A stretch of DNA of 64,000 nt from a virus (taxonomy: Duplodnaviria > Caudoviricetes). The position numbers were made by a program, and so were the translations under genes. The DNA is taken from positions 408 through 64,407 of IMG/VR virus record IMGVR_UViG_3300035687_000005; one strand, 5' to 3'. Below the pieces are notes generated by a model. That model had not been told where the DNA came from, did no database searches, and was given only the letters and a program-made list of their open reading frames with translations. Positions within the stretch are counted from its first letter, which is position 1; every line of letters begins with the position of its first letter. Of the stretch, positions 55,313-64,000 are shown piece by piece.

Positions 55313-56516
55313 CGGTGGCGAAGACCGTCTTCATGGCGACCCGGGTCGTACCGTCCACCGACGTCACGCCCTCATAGCTGATCGTGATGTCATCGCCGGA
55401 ATCAGTGACGTCGAGCCACCCGTACGCCTGCACAGTCGTCGACGACGGACCGTACGTGCCCTGCGACCAGGACTCACCCGGCGACGTGGTGCCCCGCTGG
55501 AACGGCGACCCACCGGCCTGCGGCACCCCACGACCGGACTTCGACACGCCACTGTCGGCCGCCAGATGATGCCGGTCCCCGAAGATGACATACAGGTGAC
55601 CCACCATGTCCGCGACCGAAACGTTCAGCTCCTCGAACTCGTGGACGTAGGAGCCCCAGCGGCCACCGGACGCCGACCCCGCCCGCCACGGATAATTCCC
55701 ACACAGAACCTTCACCGGCTCCGGCTCGAGCAGCTGCGCCTTCAGCCACGCCTTCTGCTCCACGCCCAACATCGTCTTCGCCGGACCCGCCGGACAGGAC
55801 TGCGGATCCCGGTACGAACGAGTGTCGATCTGCACGAACCGCACCCGACCGATCACCCACGACCGGTAGGCGCCGCGCCCGTCACCCGCGGGCAGCGGAT
55901 ACGTCGGGAACACCCGCCGGTACACGGCCGCCACCACATCACCGGCCGGCGCCGTCCGGTCGCTCGTGTCGCCGCCCCAGTCGTGGTTGTCCCACGTGTA
56001 CTCGAACGGGATCCTCGCGAGGGTCGGGGCCATGGACGCCGACCCCAACGACACCATGTGCTGGCCGAACACCTGCGCGGCCGTCGTACCCGCCGACCAG
56101 TCCCGATAGTTCAGATCCCCCATGTGGATGATCTGCAACGCCCGGCCGGTGGGCCCCGACCGGGCCAGGATCGCCGCGTACGTGACGTCCGTCGGTACCG
56201 TCTTCTGACACGAACCGAACGCCACCGAGAACGACGCTGGACGACCCTGCACCGGGAACGTCCGCACCTCACCACGGCCCGCCGACAGCAGCCTGCCATC
56301 AGCCTCGACACCGAAGTGGTACCGCGACCCCGCCTGCAGACAATCCACCGACAGCAACACCGCGCCGTCGGCATCCGGCGACACCGACGGCGAATGGACC
56401 GGCGAACCCAGGTCAGGCGACCTGGACACCACCAGCCGCGCACTCCCCACCCCGGCGAGGGTGTAACCGGCGATGAAACCCGACGCGGTGACCCCACCGG
56501 ACCAGGGACCCTTCAT
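55305..56516 (-). CDS. phoD: PhoD-like alkaline phosphatase/phosphodiesterase (stand-alone copy, no signal peptide)
   Basis: FGSC, HMGDLNY, WDNHD, IDTRSYR, MLGVEQKAW, GDRH; RBS GGAGG. Confidence 0.85.
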   Translation of the reverse strand: MKGPWSGGVTASGFIAGYTLAGVGSARLVVSRSPDLGSPVHSPSVSPDADGAVLLSVDCLQAGSRYHFGVEADGRLLSAGRGEVRTFPVQGRPASFSVAFGSCQKTVPTDVTYAAILARSGPTGRALQIIHMGDLNYRDWSAGTTAAQVFGQHMVSLGSASMAPTLARIPFEYTWDNHDWGGDTSDRTAPAGDVVAAVYRRVFPTYPLPAGDGRGAYRSWVIGRVRFVQIDTRSYRDPQSCPAGPAKTMLGVEQKAWLKAQLLEPEPVKVLCGNYPWRAGSASGGRWGSYVHEFEELNVSVADMVGHLYVIFGDRHHLAADSGVSKSGRGVPQAGGSPFQRGTTSPGESWSQGTYGPSSTTVQAYGWLDVTDSGDDITISYEGVTSVDGTTRVAMKTVFATDG

Positions 56517-56540
56517 GCTGCGCCCCTCCAGGCAGGGAAA

Positions 56541-57143
56541 TCAGGCGCGATGAGTGGAAGCGATCAGCGGCACAGAGCCGGCCGGCCGGCCGTACTGACG
56601 CCGCAGCAACCGCTGCAGCGACTCCGACGCCTCGAGCTGCGTCGACATCGCCGCGTACGTGGCGGCGTAGTCGTCGATCCGGACCTGAACAGCACCATCC
56701 GGAACCTCGTACGGGCCCCTCGCCAGCGACAACACCGTCGACCGGGCCAGCTGCAGACGCTGATGCCCGGTCGCGTACCCGTGGGTGTACGTCACCGTGA
56801 CCGTGGACGGCTGATCGGCGTAGGCGACCAGGGTCGACCGCCACCCGTAAGCCCGCCACAAACGCCCACGCCGAAGCTGTGGGGTGAAGTCGGTGACCGT
56901 GGTCGCACCGACCAGGACCGCGCCGACCGCTGTCACCGGGCGCTCCGGCAGGTCGAGGTACAACCCGCCGCACCCGTCCAGGTCAAACGTCACCGTGTCG
57001 TTGACGACCTGGACGATCCGCTGACCGACCACCGCCTGCACAACCGCAGTCGCGCACTCCAGCAGGAGCGTGGCGGTGGCCGTGTCGACGTCCTGCTGCA
57101 ACAGGGAGGCGAGGTCCGAAGGCGTCGCGAGTTGATCAGCCAT
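56541..57143 (-). CDS. head-to-tail adaptor
   Basis: MADQLATPSDL, LPERPVTAV, VTYTHGY, IDDY. Confidence 0.85.
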   Translation of the reverse strand: MADQLATPSDLASLLQQDVDTATATLLLECATAVVQAVVGQRIVQVVNDTVTFDLDGCGGLYLDLPERPVTAVGAVLVGATTVTDFTPQLRRGRLWRAYGWRSTLVAYADQPSTVTVTYTHGYATGHQRLQLARSTVLSLARGPYEVPDGAVQVRIDDYAATYAAMSTQLEASESLQRLLRRQYGRPAGSVPLIASTHRA

Positions 57144-57166
57144 GACCCCACCTCCCTAGCGAGCAG

Positions 57167-57457
57167 TCAGCGCGGGCCGGGGCCGTTGCCCGGGCCCATG
57201 AGCCCCCGCATGTGCGCGGCGACCTCGTCGGCGTGGTCGGCGTCCGTCTCCGGCGTCGGCGCCCCGCCGGTCACACCGGCGACGGTGTAGTTCTCGTTCG
57301 GGGTGCTGTCGATCTCGACACCGCGGAAGCCCTGCTCCGTCTCGGTGTCGACGTTCTCCTGCACCTTGGCGGCGACGTCCTCAACGCCCGCCGCGGCGTT
57401 CGCCTCGGCCTGCGAATCGGACTGGCTCTCCGGGGTGCCCTTCCGGCTGGTGGCCAC
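57167..57457 (-). CDS. small acidic head-region protein
   Basis: EQGFRG..D.TPNENYTVAGV..PTPETD. Confidence 0.65.
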   Translation of the reverse strand: MATSRKGTPESQSDSQAEANAAAGVEDVAAKVQENVDTETEQGFRGVEIDSTPNENYTVAGVTGGAPTPETDADHADEVAAHMRGLMGPGNGPGPR

Positions 57458-57465
57458 GATGCCTC

Positions 57466-57873
57466 CTAGGCGTAGTTCGCGGTGGTGGTGATGGACACGA
57501 GACCGCCCGGGTCGGCGATACCGGTGCCGACCGCAGCGGACTGCCACTGCAGGACGTCACCGGCGGCCACCACCAGGTCCGACGCGGTCGCCGACAGGGT
57601 GATCGTCTTCTCGTCCGCGGCGACGGTGTTGACGCCCGAGTTGAACTGCAGGGTCGCGATCACCGTGGTGCCGGCGCCGGCCTGGCCCTTGTTGACCAGC
57701 GACACCGACCGGGTGTTCGTGTTCGCGCCGGTGATCGCGGTGACGGTCGTGTACGTCACGGCCGACACGGTGCACGCCTGCGGCGCCACCCACGTGATGG
57801 TGTTGAGGTTGCTGCCCGCGGTGGCCTGCGGCTGAACCGGGACCTGCCGGGACGCTCCGAATGGTGCGGTCAT
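57466..57873 (-). CDS. probable capsid decoration protein
   Basis: Beta-rich, directly after the major capsid gene. Confidence 0.55.
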   Translation of the reverse strand: MTAPFGASRQVPVQPQATAGSNLNTITWVAPQACTVSAVTYTTVTAITGANTNTRSVSLVNKGQAGAGTTVIATLQFNSGVNTVAADEKTITLSATASDLVVAAGDVLQWQSAAVGTGIADPGGLVSITTTANYA

Positions 57874-57904
57874 GATTCCTCTTCCGAGCTACTGAAGTCG
57901 GGCA

Positions 57905-57940
57905 CAGAAAAGCCCGACCAGCGAACCGCTGTCGGGCGAT
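57905..57940 (-). terminator. terminator after the major capsid gene
   Basis: GCCCGAC-agcggttcgctg-GTCGGGC followed by TTTT. Confidence 0.65.
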
Positions 57941-57964
57941 GGGTGCTGCTCAAGCAGCCGGGAA

Positions 57965-58918
57965 TTACGGGATCAGCAGGCTGCCGACGGGGTACCGGCT
58001 GGCCTCGGTCGGCTGGTCGTTGTTGATGGTGTTGGCGACCTGCCATCCGACGCGGAACGTCAGCCGGATCGCGGTCATGTCCTGCTGTGCCAAATTGTAA
58101 ACAATTGCCCCGGTGTTGTCCTGGATGACCGCCTCGGTCAGGATCTTCAGGGTGATGTCCTGCCGAACACCCACCACGAACTGCGACCAGTCGCCGCCGA
58201 ACAGCCGCGGCGAACCCGACGCGGTCGGCCACAGGCCACGCATCGGGTAGACGATCGGGAAGCCGTCGAGGGTGGTGATCCCGCCATCCGCCCGCCCGGC
58301 GTCGAGCTTGCGGCCCTGCGAGTCCCGCGCGGTGCGGATCTTCGCCTTCGCCGACGTTGACGCAGCCCAGCCGCTGATGTCGAAGCCGTCCGCTTCGACC
58401 TTCCCGTACAGGGTGTCAACGTCGCCGTAGTAGCCGCCCGCCGCGGCAGCCGCGCCCTCGGTGGTGTTGTTGCCGGCCGCGGTCACCGCGGCGTTGATGT
58501 TCGTCGGCCACGAGCTGGGGGCGTTGGTGCCGAAGTACACGGCGGCGTCCAGGGTCCGGCCGACAGCCTCGGTGAGCAGCGGCATCGCCTCGTCCCAGAT
58601 GTTCGCGTCGACGTCGGCGATCACGTTGTCCGGCACCGGCATGATCGTGGCGATCTCCTCGATGTTGAGGAACTTGTTCGCCCAGTTCACCTCGGTGGTC
58701 TGCTTCAGACCGGTGTCACCGTTGACGAAGTACGCCACCGGCAGCGCCGACAGGACCGGGAACCGGACCTGCGCCCGGCCGACCGGGACCCTGCGGAACA
58801 GGCTGAGGACCGCCGACTGCTCGGTGGCCTTGCCGAACATCTCCCGAGACACTTCCTCGGGGATCAGCGCGCCCGAGTCAGTGCGGCTGGTCAGGTTGTT
58901 GTACGCGATGGGACTCAC
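57965..58918 (-). CDS. major capsid protein (HK97 fold)
   Basis: ALIPEEVS, AYFVNGDTGLKQTT, GDWSQ, YNLAQQDM.A.R. Confidence 0.92.
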   Translation of the reverse strand: MSPIAYNNLTSRTDSGALIPEEVSREMFGKATEQSAVLSLFRRVPVGRAQVRFPVLSALPVAYFVNGDTGLKQTTEVNWANKFLNIEEIATIMPVPDNVIADVDANIWDEAMPLLTEAVGRTLDAAVYFGTNAPSSWPTNINAAVTAAGNNTTEGAAAAAGGYYGDVDTLYGKVEADGFDISGWAASTSAKAKIRTARDSQGRKLDAGRADGGITTLDGFPIVYPMRGLWPTASGSPRLFGGDWSQFVVGVRQDITLKILTEAVIQDNTGAIVYNLAQQDMTAIRLTFRVGWQVANTINNDQPTEASRYPVGSLLIP

Positions 58919-58959
58919 CTTCTCCTTGCTAGGTAGGCCCCATCCGGGGTCCCTACGTG

Positions 58960-59490
58960 TCAGCCAAGCCCGGCCCGTTGCCGGATCAGCTGGTTCATGT
59001 CAGTGGGTTTGGCGGCCGAGGATCGGGCGCCTCCGTCGAAGTCGGTGCGCCGCTCGCCGCCGCCGAGACGCTTGATCCGAGCCTCGATGGCCTTCGTGTC
59101 GGGCTCGCCGTCCGCGCCGACGAACTTGGACAGGTCGGCGTCCTCGAGATAGGCGTCGAGGGTGTCCTTGTCGACCAGCCCGGCGGCCGCGGCCCGGAAC
59201 TCTGCACGAGCCAGGCGGCCCGCGGTCTTGCTGAGCGCGGCGGTTTCTCCGCGCTGCTCCGCCTCGGCGACCGCCCGTTCCTGCTCGGTCATGCTGGCGG
59301 CCTTGAACTTCTCCAGTTCGGCGTTTGCGGCCTTGAGCTGGCCAGCGAGCTCTTTTGCCTTGCGGCGCTCCTCTTGGATTGCTCTTTTGCCCGCCTCGCC
59401 GAGTTCGTTCGCGGCGGAGTTGGCCTGCTGGTCAGTCGCCGTCGCGGCATCCCCATCAGCACTCGTATCGGTTTCAACTTCTTCAGCCAT
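58960..59490 (-). CDS. scaffolding protein
   Basis: LGEAGKRAIQEER, coiled coil, DMNQLIR. Confidence 0.85.
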   Translation of the reverse strand: MAEEVETDTSADGDAATATDQQANSAANELGEAGKRAIQEERRKAKELAGQLKAANAELEKFKAASMTEQERAVAEAEQRGETAALSKTAGRLARAEFRAAAAGLVDKDTLDAYLEDADLSKFVGADGEPDTKAIEARIKRLGGGERRTDFDGGARSSAAKPTDMNQLIRQRAGLG

Positions 59491-59534
59491 CGCGGCTGTC
59501 TCCTTGCTTCGCCCGCCCTCGCGGCGGGGAGGTT

Positions 59535-60443
59535 TCAGATCAAATACCCGTGCAGCCGGAGCAGGCGCAGCGCCTCGTCGCGGTTGCCCTTCGCCTCGAG
59601 GTAGACCTGCTCGGGCATGAGCCGAACCGGCCGGTTGATGCCGCGCCGGGTCGTCGCCTCGGTGGTGAACTTCCGGCCGCCGGCGGTGTACGTCCCGCGG
59701 CTGGCGTTCACCACCCGGGAGATGTCCGCGCCGTCGCGGATCGCCTGCGCCCCGGCCGCCGTGAACAGCTTGTCCTGCTCCTCGCGGGGCAGGCTCTTGA
59801 AGTACGCCTTCGGGTCCGTGCGCAGGTCACCGGCGGCGTCCTCAGAAGTGGGAATGTGCCGGCAGTCGCACCGAAAATGTCGTTTGAAGCCCGCGTTCCA
59901 GCGGTAGCGCTTGCCCGCCAGGACCACGCACCGGGCGCAGGACGGCAGCGACAACATCCGCACGTACCCCGTGAACCGGGGACGAGCGACCAGGGCGACC
60001 TGGTCCGCGACCCGACCCGCGTCCGCGACCTGCGTCCGGACGATCAGATCGACCGCGAAACGGCCCGCCGCCATCGCCTGCCGCTCATTGCGGCCCGCCT
60101 TCAGCGCGGTCAGCGCCGCAATGGCGGGCTGGAACATCAACGTGTCCAAGGCGCGCCCGTCCGACGCCACCCCGGCGAACGCCGCCGCCCTCACCAGCCC
60201 CTGCGACGCATCCGGCAGCCCGTACTCGGCCGCCAGGTCGTCCAGGTACGGGCCCGCACCTGCGGCCGCGATCGCCTGCGCCGACGACACCACCGTCAGC
60301 ACCGCCGGCAGCGCGTGCCGCCACGACAAGGCGATCGACTGCCGGTCCACCCTGGCCCACAAACCGACCACCTCGGAGGCCGCGCGCCGCGCCAACGCCT
60401 GCTGGCGACGCAGCCGGGCGCCCGCCAGCTGCAACGCTGACAC
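59535..60443 (-). CDS. MuF-like head maturation protein
   Basis: GYVRML..PSCARC.VLAG...FKRH.RCDC. Confidence 0.8.
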   Translation of the reverse strand: MSALQLAGARLRRQQALARRAASEVVGLWARVDRQSIALSWRHALPAVLTVVSSAQAIAAAGAGPYLDDLAAEYGLPDASQGLVRAAAFAGVASDGRALDTLMFQPAIAALTALKAGRNERQAMAAGRFAVDLIVRTQVADAGRVADQVALVARPRFTGYVRMLSLPSCARCVVLAGKRYRWNAGFKRHFRCDCRHIPTSEDAAGDLRTDPKAYFKSLPREEQDKLFTAAGAQAIRDGADISRVVNASRGTYTAGGRKFTTEATTRRGINRPVRLMPEQVYLEAKGNRDEALRLLRLHGYLI

Positions 60444-60452
60444 CGGTTACCC

Positions 60453-61838
60453 CTACGGTCCGGGCGGCTGCTGCTGCCCGAAGGCACTGGTCATAGCGCC
60501 CAGCGGGTCCAGCAGGTTCTGCGCGGCGCGCAACGTCTTCCACCGCTCGATCTCCGTCTGCGACGCACCCCACCGCTCCCACAGCGCCTCGTGGGGAACG
60601 CCGAGGGTGGCCATCTTCGTCAGCGCGTCGACCAGCTCACCCTCGGTCCTGAACTCGGGGTTGCGCCAGATCGTCTCCATGGCCTCGTCGCCGCCGCCGA
60701 GCCTCGCGGCCCTGCGCGCGACCCGGGCCGTCTCCTCCAGGCCCTCACCTGAGGTGCGGTGCCGCTGCCGAACCTTCGACACCAGGCCCGACTCGGACGC
60801 CTTCAACGTCGACCCGTTCACGTTCGACATCTCACCCAGCAGATACTGCGCCGGCGTGCGAGTGCGGCTCGCGATGTCCTTGACGTCCTCGCGTTTCGCC
60901 GCGCTGTACGGATCCAAGGGGGCGGCGTCCCACTGCCCGAACCGGGCCTCGGCCACATCGGTCGTGACCATGCGGTCGCGGCCGATGTCCACCTGGTTCC
61001 TGTTGCCGTCGGCGTCCTGGTCCGGGAAACCGATCGCCCACTTCTGCGGGAACGCCCCGAAGTCCTGCGTCATCAACCGGTCCGCGATGGTCTTCGAGAT
61101 CCGGTCCTGGATCGACACCACGTCGGCGATCTCACTGACGCCACCGGTCAACATCCGCGGGTTGTTGGTCACCTCGATCAGGGGCACCTCGCCGAGCGGA
61201 TTCGGCGCCGGCCAACGCTCGCCGCGCACCTCCCGGGGCTCCCACCGCGGCTTACCACCGGTACCGGGGGTGATCTTCTCGGCGCTGAATTTGTACAGCA
61301 CATCCGGCAGGTACAGGGTGGCCATAGTCTGACCGGTCCAGTCGTCCCGCCACACCTTCAGCCCGGCGGCCCGTGCCCGGCGGCCCGTGCCCGACTCGTA
61401 CGCCACCGTCGCCTGCGTCGGGTGCTCCGGGTAGATCAGCGGCCGTGCAGGCACATCCAGGTTGGGCGCGACCAGGAAGAACGAGCAGCCGCCGATCGCG
61501 GACTCCAGCAGCACCTGATCGGAACCCGAGTCCAAGTTGTTGGCCTGCCAGATCTCCCACGTCGGCTGATCGGCGGCCGGGTCGTCACCAACCCGGAAAC
61601 CCTCCACCTGCATGCGCTCGACCATCGAATCGATGACCAGACCCATGTAGTTCGACTTCGTCAGGCGCAGGAGCCGACGGAACTCACTCTGCGCCTGTGC
61701 CGGCAGCCACGGCATCCGCGGCGGCTCACCGCGGTAGTAGGCGTCCATCAGCTCGAAGTGCTCGCGCTGGACCTGCAACTGGTCGTAGAGCCGCTTCACC
61801 CACCACAGCGGGGAACCCGGGGGGTCAGACTGCGTCAC
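60453..61838 (-). CDS. portal protein
   Basis: YYRGE, NYMGLVID, IWQANNLD, NPLGEVP, AFPQKW. Confidence 0.92.
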   Translation of the reverse strand: MTQSDPPGSPLWWVKRLYDQLQVQREHFELMDAYYRGEPPRMPWLPAQAQSEFRRLLRLTKSNYMGLVIDSMVERMQVEGFRVGDDPAADQPTWEIWQANNLDSGSDQVLLESAIGGCSFFLVAPNLDVPARPLIYPEHPTQATVAYESGTGRRARAAGLKVWRDDWTGQTMATLYLPDVLYKFSAEKITPGTGGKPRWEPREVRGERWPAPNPLGEVPLIEVTNNPRMLTGGVSEIADVVSIQDRISKTIADRLMTQDFGAFPQKWAIGFPDQDADGNRNQVDIGRDRMVTTDVAEARFGQWDAAPLDPYSAAKREDVKDIASRTRTPAQYLLGEMSNVNGSTLKASESGLVSKVRQRHRTSGEGLEETARVARRAARLGGGDEAMETIWRNPEFRTEGELVDALTKMATLGVPHEALWERWGASQTEIERWKTLRAAQNLLDPLGAMTSAFGQQQPPGP

Positions 61839-61851
61839 CGGGCCCCCTTCG

Positions 61852-63492
61852 TCAGTAGCTGCGGGCCCGGCCGGTCACTCGGGTCAAGCCGGGCCTGGTG
61901 GGGCCGGCGGCGATGATGTCGAGACGGGCTTGCCACGAGAGGCCACCGGCCATAGCGCAGTCGATCTTCTTTGGTGAGTCGTGGCGCTCCTTGGCCATGA
62001 CCCACAGCGGCTTGCCCTCGTCGTCGAGCTGCCGGATGTCGCGTTTCTGCGCCGCGCCGATGTGCTGGGCGAACACGTCGTCGCCGTCGTTGGTTACCTC
62101 GCCGCCCTTGATCGCGTCGGCGTAGGCCTTGCACATCGTGGCGGTCTTCCGCAGGTTGCGGGAGTCGGTGTAGAACTCGGCGACGACCTTCGGGCCATGC
62201 CGACCGGACCACTCGGCGAGCTTCACGTCCCAGCCCTGCGCCGGGTCGCCGTACAAGCGCAGCACCTTCCACCGACCGAACATGTCCGCGACGACCTCGT
62301 CGACGTCGGCGACCGGCACCTCACCGCCCGGCAGCTCCTCGGGAATCCACAGACCGAACCGGTGCTGAAACCCCGTCTCGACGTCCGTAACGATCAGTGC
62401 GGTGGTGTCCTTCCACCGCGACCCGTCGAAACCCCCGGTGACGGCTCGACCGCGAGCGATGGCGAAATCCGGGCGAGTCAGGTCCTCACGCCACCGCTTG
62501 ACGTCGAACGCCTGCGCCTCCGACTGTGTCCACCGGTTCAGCCAGACCCGCTCCAGGTAGGAGTGATCGGCACCGGTCCGGTCCCACTGCTTCGCGATGC
62601 CCCGCAAGTCCGACCACTCGGCGGCCGGTCCGGAGGCCTCACGGACCGCCTCGACCCGCCCCGCGAGCGTCTTCAGGTCATGCCCGGCAGACGCCTCGCG
62701 GTGGAAGTAGAACAGCTCGGGCTCCTCCACCTCGCCACGCGAGATGGCCTCCGCCTCGTCCTTGTCCTGCTCGGCGACCGACCCGCCTCCGGGCTCCCCC
62801 GCAGTGGTGATGCCCATCGACCAGGGGTCGTCGAGCGGCCGCTTCGGGAGGTTCGCCTCCATCGTCTCGTAGGCCGACAGGTGCCTGGCCAGGTTCAGCC
62901 GGTGCGTCTCGTCGTACCCCTGGAACGTGGTCCGGGCGCCGTCCCGGGCGGACGGCGACTGCGCCAGCGGCACCGCCTTGCCGTCCGCGCGGCCGCGGTC
63001 GTCGAGCCGGATGATGCGCTCGATGCCGGAGTCGAACAGGTCGGCGTCCGGGCCCTCCGTACAGACGACGTACAGGACGTTGTAGGCCAGTTCCTCGACC
63101 TGCTCGGCTGTGTACGCCAGCAGCGGGATGTAGGGGTCGTTCACCGGGCGGCCGACGGGGTTGCCGTAGGCGTCCCACCCGTCGAAGCGGACCTCCGCCT
63201 CGGGGTGCAGCTCCGCGAACGCGACCCAGCCGAGCAGCTCCGTCTTCGCTGTGCCCTTGCGCCAGGAGATCCGCACGCGGCGGAACCGTCGGCGGCCGGC
63301 CAGCTCGTGGCCGCGCGGGTAGACCTCGTACGCCTTGTAGATCACGGCACGTTTCTCGGCGTCGAGCCGGGCTGGCTGGCCCTTCAGTGAGCCGGGCCCG
63401 AAGACGGCCTTGCTCTCGATGAGCTGACTCACCTGCCGACCCAGCGTCGGCCACGGCTCCTCATCGAGCGGCGGAGTGACGAACGTGCTCAC
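61852..63492 (-). CDS. terL: terminase large subunit
   Basis: RKGTAKT, YDETH, ITTAG, GFDGS..KD.TAL, KKIDCAMA. Confidence 0.93.
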   Translation of the reverse strand: MSTFVTPPLDEEPWPTLGRQVSQLIESKAVFGPGSLKGQPARLDAEKRAVIYKAYEVYPRGHELAGRRRFRRVRISWRKGTAKTELLGWVAFAELHPEAEVRFDGWDAYGNPVGRPVNDPYIPLLAYTAEQVEELAYNVLYVVCTEGPDADLFDSGIERIIRLDDRGRADGKAVPLAQSPSARDGARTTFQGYDETHRLNLARHLSAYETMEANLPKRPLDDPWSMGITTAGEPGGGSVAEQDKDEAEAISRGEVEEPELFYFHREASAGHDLKTLAGRVEAVREASGPAAEWSDLRGIAKQWDRTGADHSYLERVWLNRWTQSEAQAFDVKRWREDLTRPDFAIARGRAVTGGFDGSRWKDTTALIVTDVETGFQHRFGLWIPEELPGGEVPVADVDEVVADMFGRWKVLRLYGDPAQGWDVKLAEWSGRHGPKVVAEFYTDSRNLRKTATMCKAYADAIKGGEVTNDGDDVFAQHIGAAQKRDIRQLDDEGKPLWVMAKERHDSPKKIDCAMAGGLSWQARLDIIAAGPTRPGLTRVTGRARSY

Positions 63493-63938
63493 ACCACACG
63501 CAGCACGGCGCGAGGATCAGTGGCCTCCGGCTCCGGCGACGGTGTGGAGCCGCGGCGCTTGCGGCCCCGGTCCTGGGCCTCGTCGACCTTCTCGATCTCC
63601 CACTGCAGCCGGCGACGGTCGATCGGCGTCAGGCCGTAGCACTGGCGCTGCTGCCGGATCTCCGCCGCCAAGTCCTTGCGGAGCTTCGCGTCGTCGGTCT
63701 GCCAGAAGTCGTCGACTAGGACCGCGAGGGCGAACAGGCCGTGCTGGTCGGACTCGTCGTACTCGGGGGCCATCGGCGACGACCAGATGTCGCGCCACCA
63801 GGCTCGGGTCTGCTCGTGCCACAGCCGCGTCGGCAGCTTCGGGGCCTCGAGGGTGGGATCAGCGGTCAGCGTGGACGCGGTGCTCGACCGGTTGCGGCGA
63901 GACCGCGTAGAGGGATGCTTAGGTGCCGGGCCGGGCAT
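63489..63938 (-). CDS. terS: terminase small subunit
   Basis: PGPAPK, WW..IWSSP, EIRQ...YGLTP.DRRRLQW. Confidence 0.85.
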   Translation of the reverse strand: MPGPAPKHPSTRSRRNRSSTASTLTADPTLEAPKLPTRLWHEQTRAWWRDIWSSPMAPEYDESDQHGLFALAVLVDDFWQTDDAKLRKDLAAEIRQQRQCYGLTPIDRRRLQWEIEKVDEAQDRGRKRRGSTPSPEPEATDPRAVLRVV

Positions 63939-64000
63939 GGTCACCGCCTCAACAGAAAGTAACTGAGGGTCACGGGAACCCGTACGCCGAAAAGTCTGCC

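Noticed and set aside
63939-64000. cos/pac site
   Set aside because: Expected near here, but the window ends and no terminus can be defined from sequence alone.

Overview
The window is a nearly complete (~64 kb), high-GC, temperate siphovirus-type phage genome of an actinomycete. A Micromonosporaceae-like host is an inference from gene style, not something the sequence shows. Most genes are on the - strand, and the layout is that of an excised/virion genome with a central attP. Reading right to left: terminase small and large subunits, portal, MuF-like protein, scaffold, major capsid and head-tail adaptor; a ~10 kb cassette of extra structural-looking genes with two PhoD-type phosphatase domains, one fused in frame to the head-tail stopper; tail genes with a -1 frameshift chaperone, tape measure and GH25 endolysin; a lysis region split by an accessory island with a PemK/MazF-like three-gene module. 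Between lysis and attP lies a + strand module resembling an actinomycete conjugative transfer region (TraB/FtsK translocase plus Spd-like membrane proteins) with no rep or int of its own. Then come attP (3' half of tRNA-Phe), tyrosine integrase, repressor/excisionase, and an early region with SSB, exonuclease and a single 1446-aa primase-helicase-PolA protein that contains an ori-like inverted repeat. The most unusual features are (1) candidate virion-displayed PhoD enzymes, (2) the phage/conjugative-element hybrid and (3) the single-chain replicase with non-canonical PolA motifs. All family calls come from motifs recognised by eye; no searches were run.
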